This document shows positions 36,633-46,050 of a stretch of 64,000 nt of DNA, piece after piece (position 1 is the first letter of the stretch; each line of letters starts with the position of its first letter). The translations under genes and the position numbers were made by a program. The notes under the pieces were generated by a model that saw nothing but the letters and a program-made list of their open reading frames with translations, was not told the origin of the DNA and made no database searches. Source of the DNA: Escherichia phage DCP80; the sequence record PQ671644.1. One strand, written 5' to 3'.

Positions 36633-37388
36633 TTAATTAAAAATTTCAACAACCATGGAACGTGGGACGACAGTAAATTCACCAGCATGGACAACGTTCA
36701 GGAGTTCAACACCATCTTCAATCCACTGATCTGTTACCCAACCACAAATGGAACTGTTAAATGGGCGTTTGATTTGAACTGGTTTACATAGCAAGTCAAT
36801 AGGGTCACCCAGTTCGCTAACTTCTTTCAGCAGTACAGATTCACGCGGATAAAGGATAGCTTCAAGATTGTCACCTGATTCATTAACCGCAGTAAATTCA
36901 AAGATGCTTTGGTGATTGTGGTACTTAACTGTTTTAACGGTAAATGGAGCAAATCCAAAAATACCTTTTAGTACACGCCAACCAGCATGCATTGCAACGG
37001 TCTTTCCAAACTGACTGGCATCTTCAATAAGCTGATAGGTTTTACCAACTTTGATAGGAGTTTCTTCAACTTCTTTGAAGAGTTCAATCTCAGCTTCATA
37101 AACCATAATTTTTTCTACTTCATTTGTATCAAGGCGACGTGCATGTAGAATATATGCTTTATCAAACCAGTTACTTTTTACAAAAGTTTCAACAATAAAT
37201 TCACCTTCGCCTAAAGCATCAGTCAGAGTATTATACCCAGAAACCATAGCTGCGTTTTGAATAATAGGTTCAATCAGTTGATAAGTTTTGTTAATTTCAA
37301 TAGTCATATTTTGTTTCTCAAGTTTTAATGGTTTAATTGGACGAACATACATACTTACAATATCAAAGTCAATAAATTCTGGTTTCAT
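36633..37388 (-). CDS. hypothetical protein with internal tandem repeat
   Basis: 251 aa; two KTYQLIE-containing modules (INKTYQLIEPIIQNA... and VGKTYQLIEDASQFG...). Confidence 0.55.
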   Translation of the reverse strand: MKPEFIDFDIVSMYVRPIKPLKLEKQNMTIEINKTYQLIEPIIQNAAMVSGYNTLTDALGEGEFIVETFVKSNWFDKAYILHARRLDTNEVEKIMVYEAEIELFKEVEETPIKVGKTYQLIEDASQFGKTVAMHAGWRVLKGIFGFAPFTVKTVKYHNHQSIFEFTAVNESGDNLEAILYPRESVLLKEVSELGDPIDLLCKPVQIKRPFNSSICGWVTDQWIEDGVELLNVVHAGEFTVVPRSMVVEIFN

Positions 37389-37693
37389 TATGCAACCTTA
37401 TTGAACATCGCCAGTTGATTAGGTTGTACAACCATAATTTCACGACGACCTTTTGCGTTTGACACGTTTAGGTAGATGCCTTTGTTCATGTCTGTTTCTT
37501 TATCATATACCGCAATTTTATTGACAGTAAAGATTTTACCACGAATATTTGCAAATGCACATTCAAACGCTTTAGTCAGACCTGCTTCAGCAGCTTGAAG
37601 AGCAGACATTTCATATTGTTGGCCAATTTCAAAAGAAGTAATCATTTTGTTGTCCTCATCAGTAGTTGATGAGATGATTATGTCTCTTTCCAT
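37388..37693 (-). CDS. hypothetical protein
   Basis: 101-aa ORF downstream of dexA. Confidence 0.45.
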   Translation of the reverse strand: MERDIIISSTTDEDNKMITSFEIGQQYEMSALQAAEAGLTKAFECAFANIRGKIFTVNKIAVYDKETDMNKGIYLNVSNAKGRREIMVVQPNQLAMFNKVA

Positions 37694-37712
37694 TGACCTT
37701 GTACACTACTTT

Positions 37713-38396
37713 TTATCGTTTTTTCGGTAAAGATAACGGGTCTGCATCTTCTTCGGAAGGAACTTCATCCAAACCAAGGGCATAGCGCTGGGCATACTTC
37801 AACATCAAAATATCTTTCGCGCAGTCATGTACCGAATCGTGCGCCACGAATCCATCTAAAGCCCCTTTCGGTAATGGGGTTTCACACATCTTACGGACGA
37901 GTGACAAGGCTTCGATTGCCGTCCTGATATCACGCTGGTTCCAGAATACAACCGGCTCCAGGCCATAAGTGTTCAATTCACGCTCAGGAATCCCCTCATT
38001 GCGCTGTAGGTCGCGGATAAGGTCGACAAACAACGGGAAGTCAAAAGACATTCCACGGCACCACATAAGGCTTTCGTATTTGTTAATTCCATTACCGTTC
38101 AGATAGTCAATCGCCTGTTGGATACCGGTCAGAGTATCAACATCATGTGCAGAAGGAGCCAGGTTAACACGAGCTTCTGCTGATTGCTTTTTCCACCAAC
38201 CCATGGTTGTTGTGTCGAACAGACGCTTACCTTTTTGATATTCGAGACTGAACTTAATACGTTTGCCGCGATTAACCAGGGTTTCGAATGATTCCACAAT
38301 AGCAGGGTCAGATTCGAATGTAATCAGAGCCAGGTCAATAACGGCTCCCTTCGAGCCGTTTCCCAGAGTTTCAAAGTCAATAATAGCATCAATCAT
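37713..38396 (-). CDS. dexA: exonuclease A DexA (DnaQ-like 3'-5' exonuclease)
   Basis: 227 aa; IIDFETLG...AVIDLA, WCRGMSFDFP.LVDLIRD, FWNQRDIRT.IEAL.LVR, LDGFVAHDS.HDCAKDI.MLKYA.RYA.GL...PSEE..DPLSLP match recalled T4 DexA. Confidence 0.85.
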   Translation of the reverse strand: MIDAIIDFETLGNGSKGAVIDLALITFESDPAIVESFETLVNRGKRIKFSLEYQKGKRLFDTTTMGWWKKQSAEARVNLAPSAHDVDTLTGIQQAIDYLNGNGINKYESLMWCRGMSFDFPLFVDLIRDLQRNEGIPERELNTYGLEPVVFWNQRDIRTAIEALSLVRKMCETPLPKGALDGFVAHDSVHDCAKDILMLKYAQRYALGLDEVPSEEDADPLSLPKKR

Positions 38397-38664
38397 CGCA
38401 CATCTCTTTTAATTTCTGAATTTCGCCAGCAACATAGTCGGAGATAAAAATCCCTGGCTCTTCATTGTTAAAATATTCAATCGCGGCCATACGTTTCCGA
38501 ATAAGGTCCAGTTCCAGTAAAACGTAATTGCCCTGTTGGACGATAGTCGGATTATCTTCGAAAAATTCAACGGCATCTTTAATACCGTAGATGAGATTAT
38601 CTAAATCTTCTTTATGTACCTTATACATAATATGCGTCGTACCTCGCTCGTGTGATTCCAACAT
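38389..38664 (-). CDS. hypothetical protein
   Basis: 91-aa ORF between dda and dexA. Confidence 0.45.
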   Translation of the reverse strand: MLESHERGTTHIMYKVHKEDLDNLIYGIKDAVEFFEDNPTIVQQGNYVLLELDLIRKRMAAIEYFNNEEPGIFISDYVAGEIQKLKEMCDD

Positions 38665-39949
38665 AAGCCAACTGGCTCGCTAATGAAGCTTCGGCCATAT
38701 GGATGCATGGAGTATAGATGAATGCTTTGTCCACTGAAACGCCCTGGGCCTTGTGGATTGTACTAACCGGAAGAGCACGAACTTTCAAGAAGGTCCGGCG
38801 AGCTTTCCAGAAGTCTTTCCACTCTGGACGTTTACCAGCGGCTTTCATCTGTTTGTATGTGTCAGCAACTTTAGCCAGATATGCCTGGAATTTCGGTTGC
38901 TGGTCTTCTGGTAAAACTTTGATGCGGTCAACCTGATATTCTTCATCTTCATCAATTGACTCAACTTCCAGGTCCCAGTAATTAATCACTAACTGGTGCG
39001 ATTCACCTTTACAACGGAGAATTGTGGAAGTGTATTTGCAATCCTTGATGCGAACCAACTGACCATTATTAAAAATGGTTTCGCTGAATTTCTTGCCTTC
39101 AAATTCCAGCTCTTTCATGTGTGGCTCTTGCATAACCAGGACTTCATACGGTAAAAATGCTTTATCCGTTTCATAGAGCTTGCGACGAATAATATTGTTC
39201 AGTTTTTCAACTGATTTATTCGTGTACGCATACATCCTGTTTTCCATCAACATATCAGCATCTTTTACAATACCGAAATAGTTTACCATGAAATCCTTTA
39301 AAGCGGTTTGTGAGGTAAAACCCTGCACACCATGACCATCATACATACAGTCGCGGAACCAACCACCATTGCGAATTTCTGTCGCCACTTCAATGATAGG
39401 AGCATTGCTTCGCATGACTTCAGTCAGATGAATCTGTTTGAACTTAGGATGCGTAAAGAATGGGCTTATCTTTTGTTGTGTGCTTCCTGGGTCAACTGGC
39501 TGCAGCTGGTGCATATCACCAATCCCAAGAATAGTACACCATTCAGGAACAGAGTTAAGAATAATCTTAAACAGAGCCCCGTCATACATACTTGCTTCAT
39601 CACAAACCAGAACATTGCATTTTGACATGTCAGGCATTTCGCGCTGTTCAAAAACGTTTTGGTCTTCATATGTGGTCGGGTTAATCTTCAGAATACTATG
39701 GATTGTATTCGCCGTTTGACCAGACAATTTAGATAAAACTTTTTTCGCCTGGTGAGTTGGTGCAGCAAGTACAATTCCCATAACTCCATTACGCACTAAA
39801 TGGTCAATGACAAATTTTGTCAGAGTAGTTTTACCTGTACCAGCTGGACCATTCAGAGTGATACATTCCCCTGAACGTCGCTGAATAGCTTCAGTGATAT
39901 AATCAAAAGCTTCTTTTTGTCCTGTGTTCAAGTCTTCAAATTTAATCAT
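38621..39949 (-). CDS. dda: Dda DNA helicase (SF1B)
   Basis: 442 aa; Walker A GPAGTGKTTL, ...ILAAPTH.AKK.LSKLSG..A.TIHSILKINP.TYE...FEQ.E.PD...C.VL.CDE.SMYD..LFKI.L...P.WCTI.GIGD..Q..PVDPG, C-terminal ...KAQG.SVD.AFIYTPCIH.......QL.YVG.TR.RYD..YV match recalled T4 Dda. Confidence 0.9.
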   Translation of the reverse strand: MIKFEDLNTGQKEAFDYITEAIQRRSGECITLNGPAGTGKTTLTKFVIDHLVRNGVMGIVLAAPTHQAKKVLSKLSGQTANTIHSILKINPTTYEDQNVFEQREMPDMSKCNVLVCDEASMYDGALFKIILNSVPEWCTILGIGDMHQLQPVDPGSTQQKISPFFTHPKFKQIHLTEVMRSNAPIIEVATEIRNGGWFRDCMYDGHGVQGFTSQTALKDFMVNYFGIVKDADMLMENRMYAYTNKSVEKLNNIIRRKLYETDKAFLPYEVLVMQEPHMKELEFEGKKFSETIFNNGQLVRIKDCKYTSTILRCKGESHQLVINYWDLEVESIDEDEEYQVDRIKVLPEDQQPKFQAYLAKVADTYKQMKAAGKRPEWKDFWKARRTFLKVRALPVSTIHKAQGVSVDKAFIYTPCIHMAEASLASQLAYVGITRARYDAYYV

Positions 39950-40245
39950 GCCAATTTTACTCGCTTAACATATAAAGTATCTAAAACTAATTTCAATTCT
40001 CGTGCGTGTTCTTCAGTAGGAAAAACAGTTTTTGTTTCCCGCTTATCAAACCACCATTTTCTGGGAATATACCGTGTTTCAATACGTCCCATGCGTAAAT
40101 AGCGGTTTGTAGTATATGAATAGTTGGCAAGTTCATACTCTGCGCCCGGTTTTGTGGTGTATAAGGTAACCTTTCCATCATACTCCAATGGGCGTTCAAA
40201 ACCATCTTTATCTTTGTGGACCAGCACATATGCGTAGTACATCAC
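39946..40245 (-). CDS. hypothetical protein
   Basis: 99-aa ORF, ATGA overlap with dda. Confidence 0.45.
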   Translation of the reverse strand: MMYYAYVLVHKDKDGFERPLEYDGKVTLYTTKPGAEYELANYSYTTNRYLRMGRIETRYIPRKWWFDKRETKTVFPTEEHARELKLVLDTLYVKRVKLA

Positions 40246-40246
40246 A

Positions 40247-40990
40247 TTAACCTCTAATCAGTTTAAAAATTGACGCGTTCAAAGGTAGACCTTTTTTCAG
40301 TTTAAGGCGGTCAATGAATGACAACTTATCTAAACGCTCCAGACCTTGAATAATTTTATCATACATATCGTAACGCGTTTCAGCGTCAGATGATTTCATT
40401 TTCAGACGCCAGTCAGGACCACCCATAACCATTTTCAGCCCGCGTTGACTAGTTCCGATGGAAGCCATTTGTCCATGGATACGAGCCTTGACTGCAATCA
40501 CAGAAGGGGTGGTATCTTTAGCGCCACTTTTATAAAGCTCTTTTAAATGTTTTTGACGCTTCTTGATTCCACGTTCGGTATCTTTAATATTTTTAACAAT
40601 TTTGCGAATTTTATAATAGTCAGCAGGAGTTACTTTAAAACTATTGGGCATCTTAGAACCGCCATTAATACGCACCGCCAAACGAGTCTGCGCACGTTTA
40701 AGTTCATCAAGAGATAAATCAGCACGTAAACCGTTGTACTTAGTTTTGACAGGGATAACATTGCCTTCAATATAACCTATATCATTGTTAAAGCGTTCAA
40801 AGGAAACTTTATCTTGAGTTGAATTTTCATCAAAACGTTCACCAGAATACGCACAGAATTCTTGTTTCAAAAGATTGGCGATATACTTACTAGACAGATT
40901 GAAATCCTTGTTACGACGTTTTGCAGACGTTTTGGTATGCTCGCGACGTTTGTAAACTTTCAATTCAAACTCTTCTTTTGACATATTCAT
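40247..40990 (-). CDS. Srd-like protein (position-based)
   Basis: 247-aa ORF between modA-like gene and dda, where T4 srd sits; some resemblance to recalled Srd (SAKRRNKDFNLSSKYIANLL...CAYSG..FD.....DK.SFER.NND.GY..GNVIPVK..YN) and C-terminal LKLKKGLPL. Confidence 0.45.
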   Translation of the reverse strand: MNMSKEEFELKVYKRREHTKTSAKRRNKDFNLSSKYIANLLKQEFCAYSGERFDENSTQDKVSFERFNNDIGYIEGNVIPVKTKYNGLRADLSLDELKRAQTRLAVRINGGSKMPNSFKVTPADYYKIRKIVKNIKDTERGIKKRQKHLKELYKSGAKDTTPSVIAVKARIHGQMASIGTSQRGLKMVMGGPDWRLKMKSSDAETRYDMYDKIIQGLERLDKLSFIDRLKLKKGLPLNASIFKLIRG

Positions 40991-41146
40991 GATATTTTTC
41001 TCATCTTACGGACGATTGAAAACTCAGTATGGATTCATTATACACTATACATCTTTTATGTACACTACTTTTTAGCCTTTAACGCTTTTATTTTTACTGT
41101 GTATAATGGTTCTAAGGTCTTTGGCCTTTTGTTAACCCAGAATACT

Positions 41147-41659
41147 TCAGTAAGAAAGAACGGAAAGATTCCATAATTTATAGTCTTCCCATCTATAAAT
41201 GCTCTCAATAGAGTCCACGCGTAGCGTAGTTCCCGCAGGGAACATCATCTCATCTTCATCATTTACTAATTGTAAGTTTGAAGAACGAGTTATTTCAGGA
41301 TATAGTCCGTTGAACTCTTCAGGAGGTGCCGCACAAATCATTTTAAAAATCGCTTCCTGATAATCAAATGCGAATGGTGCATCATTAATACAGAAAATAT
41401 TTTTGGTTCCATAGAAGCTAAAGGAAGCAAAGTTACGCGCAACACTGAAATCTTTGGAGAAACTCATTACACGGTCAAACTCAATCGTAGCACCAACACA
41501 TCCTACGGTTTCAAGATATGCCAAAGTTTTCTTAGAAATCCCGCGATATAACTTACCAGGCACAGCAGAAGTCAAATTCTTACGAATAATTTTGTTCAAA
41601 GTTTCCTGGATAGTGTCTGGCTTATTTTCCATGCACTGCCAGAGTGTACTCTGTTCCAA
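41147..41659 (-). CDS. ADP-ribosyltransferase, ModA/ModB-like (R-S-E class)
   Basis: 170 aa; KLYRGIS (Arg), SFS/FSFYGTK (S-x-S), NDEDEMMFPAG (E-x-E-like); position upstream of srd-like gene as in T4 modA. Confidence 0.5.
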   Translation of the reverse strand: MEQSTLWQCMENKPDTIQETLNKIIRKNLTSAVPGKLYRGISKKTLAYLETVGCVGATIEFDRVMSFSKDFSVARNFASFSFYGTKNIFCINDAPFAFDYQEAIFKMICAAPPEEFNGLYPEITRSSNLQLVNDEDEMMFPAGTTLRVDSIESIYRWEDYKLWNLSVLSY

Positions 41660-41759
41660 CTCAGAGTAAATTTCATCAATTTCAATCTGGGTATTTTCGC
41701 GAAAATATTCACATTTAACTGCATTGATGTACTCTGCTAATTGGTGACTTGCGTACAGC

Positions 41760-41800
41760 NNNNNNNNNNNNNNNNNNNNNNNNNNNNNNNNNNNNNNNNN
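41760..41800. other. assembly gap (N-run)
   Basis: 41 Ns. Confidence 0.95.
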
Positions 41801-41818
41801 TGGGTCAAAACAAACATA

Positions 41819-42178
41819 TTAACCTCGCTTCATGAAGGCATTAAAAATCTGGTCATCAATATCAGTAGGCGGTTCTTGAGCTTTGACCCAAGCCCCTTCC
41901 AGAATGTCATTTGCTTCAGTAGATATCATGACCCCAATTTCAGGGTTTCCGGTTATCCATACTGCACAATCGCGGACATTCTTTTTATCAAATGGATAAC
42001 CACGATTATCTTCACAAGGCCCATTCATTGTCATAAATGAACGAGCCTTTATGATAACATCATCTTTAACGATAATATAACCAATCGCCTGATTATAACG
42101 AGGCTCACGAAATTCATAGTGAGCATTACCATTATTATTGCTCACCAGTTCAAAATTCAGAAAATTATAATAACTCAT
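41819..42178 (-). CDS. hypothetical protein with shared C-terminal module (copy 2)
   Basis: 119 aa, homolog of 24912-25271. Confidence 0.5.
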   Translation of the reverse strand: MSYYNFLNFELVSNNNGNAHYEFREPRYNQAIGYIIVKDDVIIKARSFMTMNGPCEDNRGYPFDKKNVRDCAVWITGNPEIGVMISTEANDILEGAWVKAQEPPTDIDDQIFNAFMKRG

Positions 42179-42179
42179 A

Positions 42180-42620
42180 TTAATCTCGCTTCATGAAGGC
42201 ATTAAAAATTTGGTCGTCAACTGAATATACAGGGGTTTCCAGAAGTTTCAAAAGACTGTTTTTAATGTACTTACCCGGGATACCCATATTAACAATACTG
42301 TCATTCAATTCATTATCAGGGTTGATGTCTTTAAATTCAAACCCATCAAATTCAACCTTGTCAGGAATACCATCAGCGAAAAAATAAACCAATTGGTGCA
42401 TTGTATTGCGCGAAAATAATTTAGACTTGACCGCAATAAGTTCTTGCCAATGGTTTAATTCTTTGTTAAGAAGTTTATGAGCAAACGTAATTCTATTATC
42501 ACTATCAACAAGAAAATAACCCAGGTATTGAATGGGTTCGTCGCTCCAAAACATCCTGTATGCTTGTGCATTTTGATTTTTACAACGAAGTTTTTTGATA
42601 ACTAGAGTTCTGTTAATCAT
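42180..42620 (-). CDS. hypothetical protein with shared C-terminal module (copy 2)
   Basis: Homolog of 25273-25707 with two in-frame indels (DEPIQY vs DEIQY; VNMGIPG vs VKGIPG). Confidence 0.5.
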   Translation of the reverse strand: MINRTLVIKKLRCKNQNAQAYRMFWSDEPIQYLGYFLVDSDNRITFAHKLLNKELNHWQELIAVKSKLFSRNTMHQLVYFFADGIPDKVEFDGFEFKDINPDNELNDSIVNMGIPGKYIKNSLLKLLETPVYSVDDQIFNAFMKRD

Positions 42621-42621
42621 T

Positions 42622-42915
42622 TTATTCACCTGTAACCCATTGAACAATCTTGCTGTTGTCAAATGAAGCATCGCAATACAGAACATAGTTATACTGCATA
42701 ACATCACCAGAAGTCAATTGGTCAGATACTTCTTTAACCATATCAGGACGGTCACGTTTAGTAATATTCATGATGTCAGCATAAATCTGATGTTCAACAT
42801 CAGCCTGGTCAGCAGTCATGGACCACTCGCAAAGGTCTTTATCAAGTCCAGCAGTAACTGGAGCTGTGCCACATGATGCTACGGTAAGAATTGCTGCGAT
42901 TAATAACTTTTTCAT
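42622..42915 (-). CDS. sp: Spackle-like periplasmic protein (copy 2)
   Basis: 97 aa, homolog of 25709-26002. Confidence 0.6.
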   Translation of the reverse strand: MKKLLIAAILTVASCGTAPVTAGLDKDLCEWSMTADQADVEHQIYADIMNITKRDRPDMVKEVSDQLTSGDVMQYNYVLYCDASFDNSKIVQWVTGE

Positions 42916-42973
42916 TTCAATCTCCTCAGTAGTTGATAGGGATAATATACTGCATTATCCCTATGTTGTACAC

Positions 42974-43177
42974 TTATTTTTCGTTAGAACGATAATCATA
43001 TTCAAAAACTTTATTGTCATTAACAAAGGCTTTAACCAGTGCATTATTCACTTCTGCATACTGCACTGTAATCCATTCAATCATATTTTTGTCACTGACA
43101 TCTAGCGCGGTTTCTTTGGTAAACATATTACCATTTTCAAACCAACCAATAAACACTACGTTCTCTAATTTATACAT
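42974..43177 (-). CDS. dmd: Dmd-like antitoxin (copy 2)
   Basis: 67 aa, homolog of 26063-26266. Confidence 0.5.
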   Translation of the reverse strand: MYKLENVVFIGWFENGNMFTKETALDVSDKNMIEWITVQYAEVNNALVKAFVNDNKVFEYDYRSNEK

Positions 43178-43495
43178 TTAGATTTCCTCACAAAACGCCC
43201 AGGCGGCGTGATAAACTGTTGCACCTTTAGTGTCATTTAAACAAACCACGTCAACAGGTGCAATCACACGATAAAGACGGGGTTCTCCTCCATATGAGCG
43301 AGCTGCTCTTCCTGCATAGATACGCGCCAAACCAATATCTTCAGTAAAAAACACACGCCCTAAATTTTTCTTACGCCCAACTTCTGACAGAACACCAGTT
43401 GCATCAGGAGGACAAAGCATATTTTGGATTCCAGCATTAGAGCTTGAGCCATGATAATAAACTTTGTATTCTGCCTTGCAATCAATGGTTTTCAT
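43178..43495 (-). CDS. PARP-like-motif small protein (copy 2)
   Basis: 105 aa, identical in translation to 26267-26584. Confidence 0.35.
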   Translation of the reverse strand: MKTIDCKAEYKVYYHGSSSNAGIQNMLCPPDATGVLSEVGRKKNLGRVFFTEDIGLARIYAGRAARSYGGEPRLYRVIAPVDVVCLNDTKGATVYHAAWAFCEEI

Positions 43496-43563
43496 TTTAT
43501 TCTCCAGTAGTTGATAGGGTCATTATAACATAAGAAAAAGGGGCTTACAGCCCCTTTGTTCAC

Positions 43564-43866
43564 TTACGCCAACTCATAGTTGTGCATAGTCAGACAACGA
43601 ATTTTCCCAGTAGTTGGGTGCATAACAGTCACACTAATTGTGTAATCATCACACACGTTAACAAAAGGTTCGGCGATAACATATACTGCCCCACCTGCCA
43701 ACAGGTACTCACGAAGAGAGCTGCGAACAGATGAAGGTTGAACATCGCTTTTGAGCTTTATTAATTTACCAGTTTGAATGCCTGATGCGATAAGAGCAGC
43801 ACAGTTTTCATCACGGCGAGCGAACTGACCAAAATAGTAACGGTTCATATCGGTTTGATTAAACAT
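43564..43866 (-). CDS. hypothetical protein (copy 2)
   Basis: 100 aa, homolog of 26653-26955. Confidence 0.45.
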   Translation of the reverse strand: MFNQTDMNRYYFGQFARRDENCAALIASGIQTGKLIKLKSDVQPSSVRSSLREYLLAGGAVYVIAEPFVNVCDDYTISVTVMHPTTGKIRCLTMHNYELA

Positions 43867-43944
43867 ATGGTTTTCCTTTTAACAGTTGGTTTATTGTGTA
43901 ACTCAGTATGGAATCATTATGTCCTAAGACAAGGGGCTTGTACA

Positions 43945-44193
43945 CTATTTTAATTCATTAATTAAATGAAAATCTTGTGCATTGAAAGTAATGAAAAAAT
44001 AATCATTCCCTTCAACTGAAGCATGACAGGCAACACTACACCAGCGCCTTGCTCTGTTCAAGGAGCAATCCAAAATTTTAAAAGGCTTCAGACCAACAAT
44101 GGCAGCTGTTCTTTTATTATGCTCACAAATATCAGCATACTTTTGGAGAGCTTCTTCAGATTTGAACTGGTAATGCACATTAACTAATAACAT
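43945..44193 (-). CDS. hypothetical protein (copy 2)
   Basis: 82 aa, homolog of 27034-27282. Confidence 0.45.
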   Translation of the reverse strand: MLLVNVHYQFKSEEALQKYADICEHNKRTAAIVGLKPFKILDCSLNRARRWCSVACHASVEGNDYFFITFNAQDFHLINELK

Positions 44194-44281
44194 TTTATTA
44201 TCCTCATCAGTAGTTGATGGGATAATAGTACACCCTTTTTATGGTGATGTAAACCTCTAAATGAAAAAGACCCGAAGGTCT

Positions 44282-45721
44282 TTAGAATTTCATTTGAGCA
44301 GCAAGGTCGTCCAGGTCGCTCCTGTTGACCCTGGTTTGTCTATTCATTTCAGCCTGACGATTCATCTCACCGGTGGCTTCTTTAACCGTAGGGCCTTGTT
44401 TAGGAGCTGAATCATCATCAACCTCGTACCAGCGCTGATTACCTTTCTTAACACCCATCTTGAATTTATTATAGTAGTTCTTATCGCCATAACGAGACTT
44501 AAGCTGTTTGATTAACTGTAGTCCCATTTGAGCGAATTCTTCGGTCTCAACAACACCCAACATAAAGTCGGCCGTGTGAGCAATACCAAAGGATTCTGCG
44601 ATGTCAGCCATATCAATCTCAGCTGCAACGTTCGCACCCCTGGTTGTCTGCGCTGCAGTCCACAGGACTACATTTTTCTCAACAGCCAGACCACGAAGTT
44701 CTTCTGCAACCATCTTAATCAGGCCGTAACTGTTTTCGGTAAACGTTTTCAGTCTTGAGCTTGCACAGATTGCCAGGTAGTCAACAATAATCACATCCGG
44801 CACAAACCCTTGCTTCAGTTTGTATTCATTCAATAATGCACGGAAGGTATCTGCATGAGCGCCGCCAGTTGGATATTGTTTTATCTTCAGAGTCCCAAGA
44901 GTCCCGGAAGCACGCCACTTTTCCATCTTAGCTTTATATTCCGCCCATGATATATGACCTTCATCAATATCATCCAGAGATACATCCAGCAAGTTGGCAT
45001 CAATACGTTTGGCACATACTTCTTCAGCCATTTCCATGCTTATATAAAGAACATTATGACCAGTCTGAAGATAGTCAGCAGCTAACGAACAAAGTCCAAG
45101 AGATTTACCGACGTTTGTCCCGGCCAGTAAAACGTTCTCTGTACCGTACTCAACCCCACCCTTTGTGATTTTATTCAGGATGTTAATACGGAACGGAACC
45201 TTCTTCGATTTGTTCAGATAAGTCTGGAATCGAGCTTCGTAATCGTTTAACCAGTCATGGCCCAGAGCAGAGTCAAAACAGATAGACAATGCATCGCGCA
45301 TGATGTCGGGGATAGCACCAATATCCGGGATTCGTTTATCACGTTTATCTTTCGGAAGTTCGGCATTACTCTGGATTTCGATAATCCTGGATGTGGCATT
45401 GAACATCGCAGACTTCTGCACATACTTCTCGGTTTCTTTAACCAACCATTCCTGGTCTTCTGGAGTATCGGCCAGGACTCCTAAGAGTTTCTTTGTGCCT
45501 TCATATTCGACTTCAGAAAGGTCAGAACTGTCGAGCGCGATATCAAGTGCAGTCTTAGTTGGTACCGCTTGATATTCTTTTACGTGTTCGTTAATCGTAT
45601 TAAAAAGAGTCTTCGCGGGACCCTTTTCAAAATATGTGTTATTCAGATACGGCCAGACTTTAACAAAATATTCCTTGTTAAAGAGTAGCTGGGATAAAAT
45701 AGTTTCTACCACTTCCACCAC
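44282..45721 (-). CDS. 41: replicative DNA helicase gp41 (copy 2)
   Basis: 479 aa, near-identical to 27373-28812. Confidence 0.9.
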   Translation of the reverse strand: MVEVVETILSQLLFNKEYFVKVWPYLNNTYFEKGPAKTLFNTINEHVKEYQAVPTKTALDIALDSSDLSEVEYEGTKKLLGVLADTPEDQEWLVKETEKYVQKSAMFNATSRIIEIQSNAELPKDKRDKRIPDIGAIPDIMRDALSICFDSALGHDWLNDYEARFQTYLNKSKKVPFRINILNKITKGGVEYGTENVLLAGTNVGKSLGLCSLAADYLQTGHNVLYISMEMAEEVCAKRIDANLLDVSLDDIDEGHISWAEYKAKMEKWRASGTLGTLKIKQYPTGGAHADTFRALLNEYKLKQGFVPDVIIVDYLAICASSRLKTFTENSYGLIKMVAEELRGLAVEKNVVLWTAAQTTRGANVAAEIDMADIAESFGIAHTADFMLGVVETEEFAQMGLQLIKQLKSRYGDKNYYNKFKMGVKKGNQRWYEVDDDSAPKQGPTVKEATGEMNRQAEMNRQTRVNRSDLDDLAAQMKF

Positions 45722-46050
45722 CTCTTTTTCATTTTAATTTTATCAATTTCATCTTGTATTTGCATTGTAACACACTTTTCTACATGCACAGCAAGCTCCG
45801 CTTTGCGGTCTTCAGAAGGGGTGCCGAAATCAACTGAAACTTTTCCAGATGGTTCAATTTTAATTCCGGTTACGTACACAATGTGACTGGACCCATCAGG
45901 GAGTGATAACAGAATTTCCTGTCGTACGGTTCCCATGGATTGCCGGATAATCTCCAAACTTTTTTCGTAGTAAGGTACAGAAGGAGCCTTAGCTCCCTCC
46001 GCATCTTTCTCGAAATTATCTAAATCAGATAAATCGATATCATTCATCAA
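45706..46050 (-). CDS. 40: gp40-like protein (copy 2)
   Basis: 114 aa, identical in translation to 28797-29141. Confidence 0.55.
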   Translation of the reverse strand: MMNDIDLSDLDNFEKDAEGAKAPSVPYYEKSLEIIRQSMGTVRQEILLSLPDGSSHIVYVTGIKIEPSGKVSVDFGTPSEDRKAELAVHVEKCVTMQIQDEIDKIKMKKRWWKW

